In this document: in pieces, positions 63,901-64,000 of the stretch
How positions within the stretch are numbered: position 1 is the first letter of the stretch
Layout: every line of letters begins with the position of its first letter
Source of the DNA: Mytilus trossulus
Lineage: Eukaryota
Direction of reading: 5' to 3'
Length of the DNA stretch: 64,000 bases
NCBI RefSeq assembly: GCF_036588685.1
Contig: NC_086381.1
Coordinates: forward strand, 15,314,001 to 15,378,000
Notes under the pieces: model-generated
The model's database searches: none
What the model was told of the DNA's origin: nothing
What the model saw: the letters and a program-made list of their open reading frames with translations, nothing else
Program-made: the position numbers and the translations under genes

Positions 63901-64000
63901 AGGCCACAGAAACTGTTGTAATGATGATACAAAATAAACATAATCATTGAATTCAACTCTATAAAACTATGGCACAGACATTACAATATAGCACAGACAT

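Noticed and set aside
58563-64000. Possible further genes downstream of TLR-B
   Set aside because: The region is AT-rich with repeat fragments and only short motif-less ORFs. Small exons of a neighbouring gene cannot be excluded, but none could be supported.

Overview
AT-rich eukaryotic DNA with spliceosomal introns and dense interspersed repeats, most likely a bivalve (Mytilus-like; inferred from repeat and gene-family style, not proven). The core is a cluster that the ORF track shows only in pieces. It holds four intact three-coding-exon AA15-type lytic polysaccharide monooxygenase (LPMO) genes and two intronless Toll-like receptor genes, ordered LPMO1(-) LPMO2(-) LPMO3(+) TLR-A(+) LPMO4(+) TLR-B(+). 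The last four look like a tandemly duplicated [LPMO-TLR] cassette. All four LPMOs keep the copper histidine brace. Three end in a 6-Cys module, while LPMO1 ends in a GPI-signal-like hydrophobic tail. LPMO2-4 share a TATA promoter and a short non-coding leader exon. A 5'-truncated intronless nAChR-like (Cys-loop) gene lies at about 3.1-4.0 kb. Two large non-autonomous DNA transposons have intact ends and target-site duplications (TSDs): a 3.7-kb CAC..GTG element with a 5-bp TSD (Transib-like) and a 6.6-kb TAT..ATA element with a 6-bp TSD (IS3EU-like) whose inverted repeats are built from a 21-bp minisatellite. MITEs, Helentron-like elements, SINEs and decayed reverse-transcriptase fragments are also present. 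All coordinates and translations were read by hand; no database searches were run.
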